NCBI GenBank assembly: GCA_008932965.1
Contig: WBXG01000011.1
Span: 1-32,000 of the forward strand
DNA from: Verrucomicrobiota bacterium
GTDB lineage: Bacteria > Verrucomicrobiota > Verrucomicrobiia > Chthoniobacterales > UBA6821
Length of the DNA stretch: 32,000 nt
Direction of reading: 5' to 3'
Position 1 is the stretch's first letter. The number at the start of each line of letters is the position of its first letter. The notes below the pieces were generated by a model. The model was not told the DNA's origin. It was given only the letters and a program-made list of their open reading frames with translations, and searched no databases. Made by a program: the position numbers and the translations under genes. Below, in pieces: positions 8,932 through 17,291 of this stretch.

Positions 8932-9115
8932 TTAATCCAGAAACTTCATACTAATCGTAGCGAGAGGGCCGCGAAGCTAAGGTGGGCAAGGCGAGACCTG
9001 AATTCTGACGACAGCTGTGTAAGTATGCACTGCCCGAGGAAGGCTTCGAGATCAACGTAGTATCCAGTTGGCTTCCTACCTACCGTAAGTGATTGGCATG
9101 AAATATCCGGGTTAA
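8932..9115 (-). mobile_element. MITE-like palindromic element, copy C (184 bp, inverted relative to the other copies)
   Basis: The ends are ttaatccagaaacttcatac and gcatgaaatatccgggttaa. The reverse complement aligns along its whole length with copies B and F (ttaacccggatatttcatgccaatcac..ggaagcc..gttgatctcgaagcc..gggcagtgcata..acgattagtatgaa). Confidence 0.85.
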
Positions 9116-9202
9116 AGCACAATGCTCGTTTTACGAACGTTCATGTAAAAATAGAAATGCTCCTTGGGCGCTTTTAACTTTTCAAATTCCTCAATTTTTC
9201 AA

Positions 9203-10501
9203 ATGAAACTCTGTATTATTGGATCTGGCTATGTTGGTCTTGTGACGGGGGCGTGTTTTGCGGAGGTCGGCCACCACGTTATGTGCGTCGATAATAACCC
9301 CAAAAAAATAGCGATGTTGTTGGCTGGCGAAATTCCTATTTATGAGCCAGGACTTGAAGAGCTCGTCACGCGTAATGTGGCCTCAAAACGTTTGATGTTT
9401 ACAAGTAGCATTCAAGAGGGAGTTGATCATGGAGAGGTTGTTTTTATTGCAGTTCCAACCCCACCTCAACCCGATGGCAGTGTCGATCTCTCCTATATTG
9501 AAGCGGTCGCCCGAGAAATTGCTGGTGTCCTCAAAGAATATCGAGTCATCGTTGACAAGAGCACGGTCCCTGTGAAAACCGGAGAGAAAGTTGCTGATAC
9601 GATTCGACGTTACAACAAGACCGGTTCTCAATTTGATGTGGTGAGTAATCCTGAATTTCTTCGTGAGGGATGTGCTGTTGCTGATTTGATGAAACCAGAT
9701 CGTATTGTCATCGGAAGCAACAATGACCGTGCCGTTGCGCTCATGAAAAAGATTTACGAACCTTTCATGTCTCCCATTCTTGTCACCGACATTAATAGTG
9801 CAGAATTAATTAAACATGCAGCCAATTCATTTTTAGCGCTAAAAATTTCCTACATTAACGCTGTTGCAGCTATTTGTGAGGCTAGTGGAGCCGACGTGGA
9901 AAAAGTTGCCGATGGTATCGGCACGGATAAGCGTATTGGCCGTAACTTCCTCAATGCTGGTCTTGGCTATGGTGGCTCATGCTTTCCAAAAGATATCGCA
10001 GCCTTCATCTCCATTAGTCGTCAGCTAGGGGTTCCCTTCACCTTGTTAGAAGAAGTAGAGCGAATTAATACCTCTTCCTTAGAACGTTTTCTCACCAAGG
10101 TTCGTGAAGCCCTTTGGGTTTTACGCGATAAAAAAATTGCTGTTTGGGGATTAGCGTTCAAACCCGATACTGATGATATTCGCTGCTCGGTCGCTATGGA
10201 TCTTGTTGTTCAGCTACTCAAGGAGGGGGCACAGGTAACCGTCTATGATCCCAAAGGGATGGAAAAAGCTCAGGAGCTCGGAACTATTTCTAAGGCTATT
10301 TTTGCTACCTCTCCTCTAGAAGCCGCCAAAGATGCGGAAGCCCTCATCATTGCTACTGAATGGAGTGAATTTGCAAATGTCGATTTTAGCTCTTTGAAAG
10401 AAAAAATGCATACCCCTTTGATTTTTGATGGTCGTAACCTACTCCATCCTGATGTGGTTCGAGAAGCTGGATTTACCTATGTTAGCGTAGGAAGAGCATA
10501 A
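9203..10501 (+). CDS. ugd: UDP-glucose 6-dehydrogenase
   Basis: MKLCIIGSGYVGLVTG Rossmann N-terminus and the catalytic GGSCFPKD motif. I prefer the ATG at 9203 over the TTG at 9164 listed in the ORF track. Confidence 0.92.
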   Translation: MKLCIIGSGYVGLVTGACFAEVGHHVMCVDNNPKKIAMLLAGEIPIYEPGLEELVTRNVASKRLMFTSSIQEGVDHGEVVFIAVPTPPQPDGSVDLSYIEAVAREIAGVLKEYRVIVDKSTVPVKTGEKVADTIRRYNKTGSQFDVVSNPEFLREGCAVADLMKPDRIVIGSNNDRAVALMKKIYEPFMSPILVTDINSAELIKHAANSFLALKISYINAVAAICEASGADVEKVADGIGTDKRIGRNFLNAGLGYGGSCFPKDIAAFISISRQLGVPFTLLEEVERINTSSLERFLTKVREALWVLRDKKIAVWGLAFKPDTDDIRCSVAMDLVVQLLKEGAQVTVYDPKGMEKAQELGTISKAIFATSPLEAAKDAEALIIATEWSEFANVDFSSLKEKMHTPLIFDGRNLLHPDVVREAGFTYVSVGRA

Positions 10502-10579
10502 ATCTCATCTCCCAAGGGATCATATGAAATCCCATGATCGATTCATGCAGCCAATGGTTCATTCATAAAACCCAATCCT

Positions 10580-12436
10580 ATGGAACCCAAGAATAGGAAT
10601 TCAGTTTCAGATCCCTGTTCTTTTCAGTACCGAGCTCCCATCGATCTTGAGATCGATGAAATCGAAATCAAAAATATTCTGTTGCTTGGTTCCTGTTTGG
10701 CGAATTGCCTCTGGATGGGGTTGCACACTCATTTACCAACGCTCCGAGCGAAATATAAAATTGATCATTTGTTAATCAACAACATCGCTCCCCTTCCTTC
10801 AAAATTGCCAAGACCGATCCAAGAGTACTCTTTTCAAATCATTCAGCCTCCACTGAGGACAGTTTTTCCCGAGAGTTTTTTTTTACGTTGTGATTATCAG
10901 GATACTAAAGCCGCTAAAAAAGCTTTTAAACAGTCGGTGAAGCTTCTTGAGTTATTTTTAGATAACGTTCTTCAATACCACAGAAAATATAGCCTCACCA
11001 CCTTCATCACTAATTTTCTTGTACCTCAACAAAATCCCCTCGGAAGGCTTTTTCCTAAATATGACCTTAGGAATATTCCCTTTTATGTGGAGGAACTCAA
11101 TCGGCACTTATCAGCATTGATTGAAGAAAGAAACAATCTGTATCTTATCGATATCAACGAGATTGCGGCTAATTTTGGACGACGTTACATCCAAGATGAT
11201 GTGCTCCATATCAGCAATCACGGATCGGTTGTGGAGGACTCTGATTTTGCATTCGATTTAAGACGTATCGAGAAGCCAACTCGCTTTTCCAAACAAAATG
11301 TTTTAAACACCTCTGGTTTTATCGATGCCATCATTCATGAAATTATCACTCATTATAAAATAGTCCGTCAGCATCATTCTGTAAAAATTGTCATTTGTGA
11401 TCTTGATGATACTCTTTGGCGAGGCGTGCTTGCAGAGGATGGGATCCATCTTGTGGGGCTGGAAGGCTGGCCCTTAGGTTTACTAGAAGCCCTTCTAGTT
11501 CTTAAAAAACGAGGTATTCTCCTTGCTATTGCGAGTAAAAATGAGGAGAAGCTGATCATTCAAAAATGGCCTGAGATCTTTGGAGGTCACTTGCGGCTCG
11601 ATGATTTTGTGGTTAGAAAAATTAATTGGAAGGAAAAGGCAGAGAATATTGGTGAGATTTTAAACGAGGTCCATCTTCTTTCAAGTAGTGCCTTGTTTAT
11701 TGATGACAACCCTTTAGAGAGAGAAAAGGTGCAGCTTGCATTTCCTGAAATGAGAGTTCTAGGAGCCAACCACTACACATTAAGAAAAATTCTCCTTTGG
11801 GCTCCTGAATTACAAGTTCCCCAAATCACACATGAATCCCACCAACGCACGGAGAGTCTTAGAAAGAGAATCCCTCAAGCCAAACAGGGAATGAACATCA
11901 GTCGTAAAAAATTCTTAGATTCTTTAAAACTCAATATGGAATCCCTGAGGATAGATTCCATAGAGCATCCAGATTTTCCACGTGCTTATGAATTACTCAA
12001 CAAAACGAACCAATTTAACACCACTGGCCAACGATGGAGATATGAAGAATGTCGCCTCTTCTTTGAAAAAAAAGGATTTTTTGATGTTTTTAAAGTTAAG
12101 GATAAATTCACTAATTATGGATTAGTCGGGATTGTAGTGGTCAAGGATTACCATCTTGTACAAGTAGTCATGAGTTGCCGAGTAGTAGGGCTTGATTTAG
12201 AGAAGGGAATGCTTGTTCATGTGCTCAACCATGCCAATGGTCATCCTCTGACTGCCAATTTTATCAAGACAAAATCTAATCTTCTCTGCCATACCTTTTT
12301 TTCTGATTCGGGTTTCCTTAAAAACGGGAAAATGTGGTGCTATGATCCCCTTTCTAAAAAAAAATCAGCAAATCACATTTCTGTTGATACCATTCCCACG
12401 TGCAAAGGCGGAAAAGCTCATTCGGGCACGGCTTAA
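10580..12436 (+). CDS. FkbH-like HAD-superfamily (subfamily IIIC) protein with C-terminal acyltransferase-like domain
   Basis: 618 aa. The central domain has the HAD motif ICDLDDTLWRGV, LAIASKN and FIDDNPLERE, as in FkbH-type domains. The last 72 nt overlap the convergent fmt gene. Confidence 0.75.
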   Translation: MEPKNRNSVSDPCSFQYRAPIDLEIDEIEIKNILLLGSCLANCLWMGLHTHLPTLRAKYKIDHLLINNIAPLPSKLPRPIQEYSFQIIQPPLRTVFPESFFLRCDYQDTKAAKKAFKQSVKLLELFLDNVLQYHRKYSLTTFITNFLVPQQNPLGRLFPKYDLRNIPFYVEELNRHLSALIEERNNLYLIDINEIAANFGRRYIQDDVLHISNHGSVVEDSDFAFDLRRIEKPTRFSKQNVLNTSGFIDAIIHEIITHYKIVRQHHSVKIVICDLDDTLWRGVLAEDGIHLVGLEGWPLGLLEALLVLKKRGILLAIASKNEEKLIIQKWPEIFGGHLRLDDFVVRKINWKEKAENIGEILNEVHLLSSSALFIDDNPLEREKVQLAFPEMRVLGANHYTLRKILLWAPELQVPQITHESHQRTESLRKRIPQAKQGMNISRKKFLDSLKLNMESLRIDSIEHPDFPRAYELLNKTNQFNTTGQRWRYEECRLFFEKKGFFDVFKVKDKFTNYGLVGIVVVKDYHLVQVVMSCRVVGLDLEKGMLVHVLNHANGHPLTANFIKTKSNLLCHTFFSDSGFLKNGKMWCYDPLSKKKSANHISVDTIPTCKGGKAHSGTA

Positions 12437-13312
12437 AGGTTGTACCTCCTCTAGCAAAAGAGCTCCCTCTTTGCAGCAAAGAAGAATCTCTTGTTCCTCC
12501 GAGAGAAAAAAGGAGCCAGGTTGAGACTCCTTATTATGGGAGGGTCTCACTAGTGCAGAGAAAATTTTGAGCGCACTTTTTTTTCCAGAAGGAAGGGTGA
12601 CTACTCCATGGGCCCCTGGCTTTGGGTTCATGGCACGTATAAGGCGCTCTACTGCAATAGCAGAAGAGGACCAATCCAGAGCGGCATCCTCATAGTGGAT
12701 GCGATGGGTGATGCTCCTTTCATTTTCAGTCTGAGGAAAACGAGGAGCAGATCCCTTTTTCAATAAATCCAATGCTTCTAAAAGAGCTATGGGAGAGAGC
12801 TCAGCAAGATGCTCACTCAACGTCCCAGAAGTTTCACGAGAAGTGATTGGGATTTTTTTTGTTAATAAAATATCTCCCGTATCTAAACCCTCATCCATGT
12901 ACATAATTGTAATGCCACTATGAGTATCTCCAGCAATAATTGCCGATTGAATCGGGGAGGCACCACGATGTCGTGGCAAAAGAGAAGCATGAATGTTCAA
13001 GCAAGCATGAGTCGGTAACGTTAGAATCTCAGGGGGGACAATTTTACCATACGACATGGTTACGATCACATCGGGATGTAAGGCTTGCAGGGAGTTAATA
13101 GCCTCAGCACTGCGTAGATTTTCTGGTTGAAGAATGGGTGCACCTGGGGCAATTTTTAAAAAGGATTCTTTGAGTGCAGGCGGTTTGAGCTCTTGATGAC
13201 GTCCTACTAGCCTATCAGGCTGCGTTAATAAACCGATAAGTTCATAGTGAAGTGCAACGGCTCTCATTGCTTGTTCTCCAATACTACTCGTGCCAGCAAA
13301 AAGAATACGCAT
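12365..13312 (-). CDS. fmt: Methionyl-tRNA formyltransferase
   Basis: 315 aa, with the N-terminus MRILFAGTS, the formyltransferase motif NIHASLLPRHRGASPIQ, and a C-terminal Fmt domain. Confidence 0.9.
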   Translation of the reverse strand: MRILFAGTSSIGEQAMRAVALHYELIGLLTQPDRLVGRHQELKPPALKESFLKIAPGAPILQPENLRSAEAINSLQALHPDVIVTMSYGKIVPPEILTLPTHACLNIHASLLPRHRGASPIQSAIIAGDTHSGITIMYMDEGLDTGDILLTKKIPITSRETSGTLSEHLAELSPIALLEALDLLKKGSAPRFPQTENERSITHRIHYEDAALDWSSSAIAVERLIRAMNPKPGAHGVVTLPSGKKSALKIFSALVRPSHNKESQPGSFFLSEEQEILLCCKEGALLLEEVQPLSRARMSFSAFARGNGINRNVIC

Positions 13313-13344
13313 AAGGGTTCAGGTGCAACTTCTCATCTTGAGGG

Positions 13345-13557
13345 TTAGCCTGATCTTCTCATAGAGGCCATCCGTGCCATTCTTAAATCTCCTAGAGAAA
13401 CTTCACGTTGACCTAGGGAGGAAGCACAGCCGGTGCAGAGGTAATCATAAATTTCTTTCTCAGGAAGAACAAGGAGCAGTCGTTCTCTCACTGGCATCGC
13501 CTTAGCACAACGCTGACAATAAAGAGAGGATGCTCGAAGATTTTCGAACTGATTCAT
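13345..13557 (-). CDS. Small hypothetical zinc-ribbon protein
   Basis: 70-aa ORF with two CxxC pairs (CQRC and CTGC). It is tightly packed between adk (7-nt gap) and fmt (32-nt gap) on the same strand. Confidence 0.5.
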   Translation of the reverse strand: MNQFENLRASSLYCQRCAKAMPVRERLLLVLPEKEIYDYLCTGCASSLGQREVSLGDLRMARMASMRRSG

Positions 13558-13564
13558 GAGGCCA

Positions 13565-14149
13565 TTAGGAATTCAAGACGCCGCCTAGAATTTGGTAAAG
13601 GACTTCTACGGGAGAGAGAGAGGCATCGATATCATGCCTGGTCAAATTTTTATAATAATGAAGCATCGGCTTGGACTCTTCTTCATAAACTAATAATCGA
13701 TTTCTAATAATCTCTTCATTAGCGTCATCAAGACGATTTTCTTTGAGTGCACGGTTTTTGAGACGAGTTACTAATTTGTCACGATCTGGACACGAAAGAT
13801 GAAAGATATGCTGAACATCGATATGATCTTTCATCAGCTCGGCCTGCTCCACATTTCTGGGAATACCATCGAGGATAAGAAAATCCCGATTGGGTTTAAA
13901 TTGTCCTGATTCTACCATGGTCTCGATCCATTGAGCCCAAAGCTGTACGGTAATTTCATCAGGAACTAATTTTCCTTTACTTGAGTATTTCAAAAATTCC
14001 TGACCTAGCTTGCTTTGAACATCAAGACCTCGAAACACATCTCCGCAGGCGCAATGGTAAAATCCTGGAATGGAACCGAGCGTACGCCCCTGGGTTCCTT
14101 TGCCACTACCTGGAGCACCAAAAATAAGTAGAGTTTTAAAACGTGTCAT
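13565..14149 (-). CDS. adk: Adenylate kinase (short, lid-less type)
   Basis: 194 aa with the P-loop GAPGSGKGTQ and a typical adenylate kinase core (DGIPRN, LKNRA..RLDD). Confidence 0.88.
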   Translation of the reverse strand: MTRFKTLLIFGAPGSGKGTQGRTLGSIPGFYHCACGDVFRGLDVQSKLGQEFLKYSSKGKLVPDEITVQLWAQWIETMVESGQFKPNRDFLILDGIPRNVEQAELMKDHIDVQHIFHLSCPDRDKLVTRLKNRALKENRLDDANEEIIRNRLLVYEEESKPMLHYYKNLTRHDIDASLSPVEVLYQILGGVLNS

Positions 14150-14177
14150 TATAAAGGGAATAATTTTGAGAGTTCAC

Positions 14178-14360
14178 TTCGCTCGCCTATTTCATACTGA
14201 TTCTGAAACACCTTGCTAGGGCCTGATGTATACTCTTTCTGGATCGAATGCTCCTCGAGCAGTTTGCCTCACACAGTGGTTGTCAGGCTTCATCGCTCGC
14301 TTTGTCCTATCAGCATTGGCCTTCTCATCGTCACAATCAGTGCGATATATCAGGGGATAG
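14178..14360 (+). mobile_element. MITE-like palindromic element, copy D (183 bp, more diverged)
   Basis: The left end is ttcgctcgcctatttcatac. The core ggatcgaatgctcctcgagcag..cacacagtggttgtc aligns with copy A. The right arm atcagcattggccttctcatcgtcacaatcagtgcgatatatcaggggatag aligns with F and G1. Confidence 0.7.
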
Positions 14361-14427
14361 ATCTTAGTCATAAATAGTCGTGAAGAACACCAAAAAATGT
14401 GGTTTTGAAATCGTTTTTTATTCTGAA

Positions 14428-14463
14428 TTCGCCTATTTCATCCAACGAGCCGAAGCCTCTTGC
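14428..14463 (+). repeat. Partial element (left-TIR-like fragment)
   Basis: ttcgcctatttcatcc repeats the copy D left terminus. The following cgaagcctcttgc resembles the cgaagccttcctcggg core of copy C. Confidence 0.4.
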
Positions 14464-14523
14464 ATTATCACCAAAGACTTTTAAAATAATATCTCTATTC
14501 TAGCTTGAATTACACTAAGTACT

Positions 14524-15498
14524 ATGTTTAACAAGAAATCCCCTTCTTCTCGTCATCATCTCCCTGATTTTTCGATTGGCCACTGGCGTCTAGATATGGT
14601 GACGTTCATCATCGGCATTCAGGGTGTCTTCATGGTTCTTACCGCCACCCTCATAAGCCTAGGTCATACTTCCTGGGTCAATGCCCTTTGCTATAATAGT
14701 GCTGGCGTTTGGCATGGACAGGTGCTGCGTCTCGTTACCTATGCCTTTGTAAATCCTCCAAGCCTTTGGTTCGCACTAGAGATGCTCATGCTTTATTACT
14801 TTGGCCGTGAAGTAGAAAAAATCATTGGACCCCGTAGGTTTGCTACACTTTATATAGGGCTCATTCTTCTTGGTTCATGCTTGCTACAGCTATTAAGTCT
14901 CTCAGGAGTATCAGAAAGGATGAGTGGAGCTCAGTCGGTACATTTTGCCATCTTTACTGCTTTTGTAGCAATATACCCAGGGCTGCCATTTTTGTTTGGC
15001 ATTGCAGCACGGTGGATGTTGGCTGTTTTCCTAGTCCTTTCTACACTTCAGTTTTTAGAGGGACATCAATTCGCATCACTGGTGATTTTTTTATCAGAAT
15101 CAGTGGCCGCCATCTTTTTTATGATAGTGCAAGGATATCGTGATTTACTTCCTCAAAATGGGATCTCCTTTCTCTCTCGCTATTCACACTATTTCGCTTT
15201 TTTTCGTAAGGGTTCAAAAGTTTCCTCCCCTGTTTCTCAAGGATCAGCGAGCTCTTCTTCCAACAACTCTGTTTTGGAGGCTTTCTCTACAACCACTTCA
15301 TTTGTTCCAATTTTTGCAAATCAAAAACCTGCTGAGAAAACAGCACCAACGCCTCGTCCACTAGCAATCAACATTGATGCTTTACTTGAAAAAATTAGCC
15401 AAGCGGGTATGGAAAGTCTCACTTCCAAGGAAAAAGAAGAGTTAGAAAAAGCAAGTAGTGCCCTTGTAGAGCGTGATCGCATAGTGATTGGATCATGA
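14524..15498 (+). CDS. Rhomboid-family membrane protein, apparently non-canonical at the catalytic positions, with a soluble C-terminal tail
   Basis: 324 aa. It has a rhomboid-like TM core (LRLVTYAFVN..EMLMLYYFGREVEKIIGPRRF). By eye, SGAQSV sits where GxSG is expected. The Ser/Thr-rich linker is followed by a helical tail (IDALLEKISQAGMESLTSKEKEELEKA). Confidence 0.65.
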   Translation: MFNKKSPSSRHHLPDFSIGHWRLDMVTFIIGIQGVFMVLTATLISLGHTSWVNALCYNSAGVWHGQVLRLVTYAFVNPPSLWFALEMLMLYYFGREVEKIIGPRRFATLYIGLILLGSCLLQLLSLSGVSERMSGAQSVHFAIFTAFVAIYPGLPFLFGIAARWMLAVFLVLSTLQFLEGHQFASLVIFLSESVAAIFFMIVQGYRDLLPQNGISFLSRYSHYFAFFRKGSKVSSPVSQGSASSSSNNSVLEAFSTTTSFVPIFANQKPAEKTAPTPRPLAINIDALLEKISQAGMESLTSKEKEELEKASSALVERDRIVIGS

Positions 15499-16281
15499 TT
15501 GACTATCGCTGAGCTCAGATATCACATGCCACTTCCTCTCTCGATTGCGCTTATTTCCTACAATGAAGAAAAAAATCTACGTCGCTGCCTGAGCAGCGTT
15601 GCGGATCTTGCCCGAGAGATTGTGCTCGTCGATTCAGGATCAACGGATGCAACACTCACTATTGCTAGTGAATTTGGAGCGAAAATTGCTCATCAAGAGT
15701 GGCTGGGTTATCAAGATCAAAAAAATCATGCTCTTGATTTTTGTACTCAAAAATGGGTTTTAGCACTTGATTGTGATGAGGAACTCTCATCCGAACTAAA
15801 AAAGAGCCTGATCCAATTTTTTGAACATGGAGATTGTGATCGTTTTCATGGAGCGACCTTTCATCGATGCACTTGGTTTTTAGGTCGCTGGATTAGGCAT
15901 GGGGATTGGTATCCAGACACAAAGCTGCGTCTTTTTCGTCGGGGTGATGGTGTTTGGGTGGAACCCATTCATGAAACAGTGAGCCTCTTTGGACCAACTA
16001 CCCATCTTAAGGGTGATTTACTTCACTATTCGTTTCCTTCGATGGAATCCTACATTAAAAAAATCCATCCTTTTGCTGAAGAGTTTTTTCAAAAACAAAA
16101 GAAAAAAAAATGGTCCCTTGGATCAACTATCCTACGACCCCTTTGGCGTTTCTTTCGTGCCTATGTTTTGCGTCGTGGCTTCCTAGATGGATTTCCAGGT
16201 TTGTGGATTGCAGTAGCAACCGGCTTCTCGGTGTTTGTACGCTATAGCAGAAGTTATGAAGCAGAATCAGATAGAAAATAG
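15499..16281 (+). CDS. Family 2 glycosyltransferase, WaaE/KdtX-like (LPS core type)
   Basis: LSIALISYNEEKNLRRCL, VLVDSGSTDAT, QKNHALD and LALDCDEELS match the WaaE/KdtX-type GT2 pattern. The start is either the TTG at 15499 or the ATG at 15526. Confidence 0.82.
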   Translation: MTIAELRYHMPLPLSIALISYNEEKNLRRCLSSVADLAREIVLVDSGSTDATLTIASEFGAKIAHQEWLGYQDQKNHALDFCTQKWVLALDCDEELSSELKKSLIQFFEHGDCDRFHGATFHRCTWFLGRWIRHGDWYPDTKLRLFRRGDGVWVEPIHETVSLFGPTTHLKGDLLHYSFPSMESYIKKIHPFAEEFFQKQKKKKWSLGSTILRPLWRFFRAYVLRRGFLDGFPGLWIAVATGFSVFVRYSRSYEAESDRK

Positions 16282-16325
16282 TTCATCCTTTACCCATCTC
16301 ATCATACTCATTAATATTTAACTCT

Positions 16326-17246
16326 ATGTCTTTACTCGTTCTTGGCTCGATTGCTCTTGATACCGTTAAAACCCCAGTGGAGGAGCGTTTAGAGCTCTTT
16401 GGTGGGACTGCTTCTTATGCAACCATCAGCGCATCTTTTTTTACTAGGTCACATCTTGTGGCTATTATAGGGGATGATTTTCCGAAAGAATATTTAGAGG
16501 ATTTCAAACAACGCAATATCGACCTTTCTGGTCTTCAAATAGTTCCAGGAAAAACATTTCGTTGGTCAGGAGAATATTTCAACAATATGAACAATCGCAA
16601 AACACATTCAACCGATTTGAATGTCTTTGCCAATTTTACTCCAACGTTACCTAAAGCCTATCGCGAGCTTCCGTTCATTTTATTGGCTAATATTGGTCCA
16701 GATTTACAATTACATGTCCTCGATCAGCTCCAAGCTCCTCGCTTTGTGATCGCAGATACCATGAACCTCTGGATCAATATCGCTCGTGCTGATTTGGTAA
16801 AGCTTTGCAAACGTATTGACCTCCTCTCTATTAACGATAGTGAAGCTCGTGAGCTCACCGAGGAAAACAACTTAATTAAAGCTGGGGCTCTTCTACGTGC
16901 GATGGGACCTCAATATGTTGTTATCAAAAAAGGGGAGCATGGCTGTTATCTTTTTGGTCCAGATCAATTTTTTAGCTGTCCTGCATATCCTCTAGAAAAT
17001 ATTAAAGACCCTACCGGAGCAGGCGATGCTTTTGCAGGGGGACTGGCTGGTTACTTGGCAAGCCATTCAAATGATAGTAACTCCAAGAAGCCTGTTGATT
17101 TTGAAACATTGCAACAAGCTGTTGTCTACGGAAGTATCATGGCCAGTTTTACCGTGGAATCCTTCGGTCCAGATCGCTTGCGTTCTGTAAAACAAGAAGA
17201 GATTGAAGAAAGATGGCAGGCATTCAAGAAACTGAGTGCTTTTTAG
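16326..17246 (+). CDS. PfkB-family carbohydrate kinase
   Basis: 306 aa, with the N-terminus LVLGSIALD and the C-terminal PfkB signature DPTGAGDAFAGGLAGYL. Confidence 0.85.
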   Translation: MSLLVLGSIALDTVKTPVEERLELFGGTASYATISASFFTRSHLVAIIGDDFPKEYLEDFKQRNIDLSGLQIVPGKTFRWSGEYFNNMNNRKTHSTDLNVFANFTPTLPKAYRELPFILLANIGPDLQLHVLDQLQAPRFVIADTMNLWINIARADLVKLCKRIDLLSINDSEARELTEENNLIKAGALLRAMGPQYVVIKKGEHGCYLFGPDQFFSCPAYPLENIKDPTGAGDAFAGGLAGYLASHSNDSNSKKPVDFETLQQAVVYGSIMASFTVESFGPDRLRSVKQEEIEERWQAFKKLSAF

Positions 17247-17291
17247 AAACCTATCTCAAAAATAATGGTAGGTACCGGTTGAATCACAACT

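Noticed and set aside
9164-9202. Upstream extensions of ORFs at non-ATG starts in the supplied track (9164 TTG for ugd; likewise 19979, 22900, 27356 and 8807)
   Set aside because: The extensions add non-conserved residues ahead of canonical N-termini (for example the MKLCIIGSGYVG Rossmann start), or they overlap neighbouring genes. Downstream ATG starts fit better.
10516-10556. TIR-like fragments (gatcatatgaaatccc / cgattcatgcagccaatgg) between ugd and the FkbH-like gene
   Set aside because: Only about 10-12 nt resemble the termini, and the order is inverted relative to a real element. The match is too short to tell from chance without a profile search.
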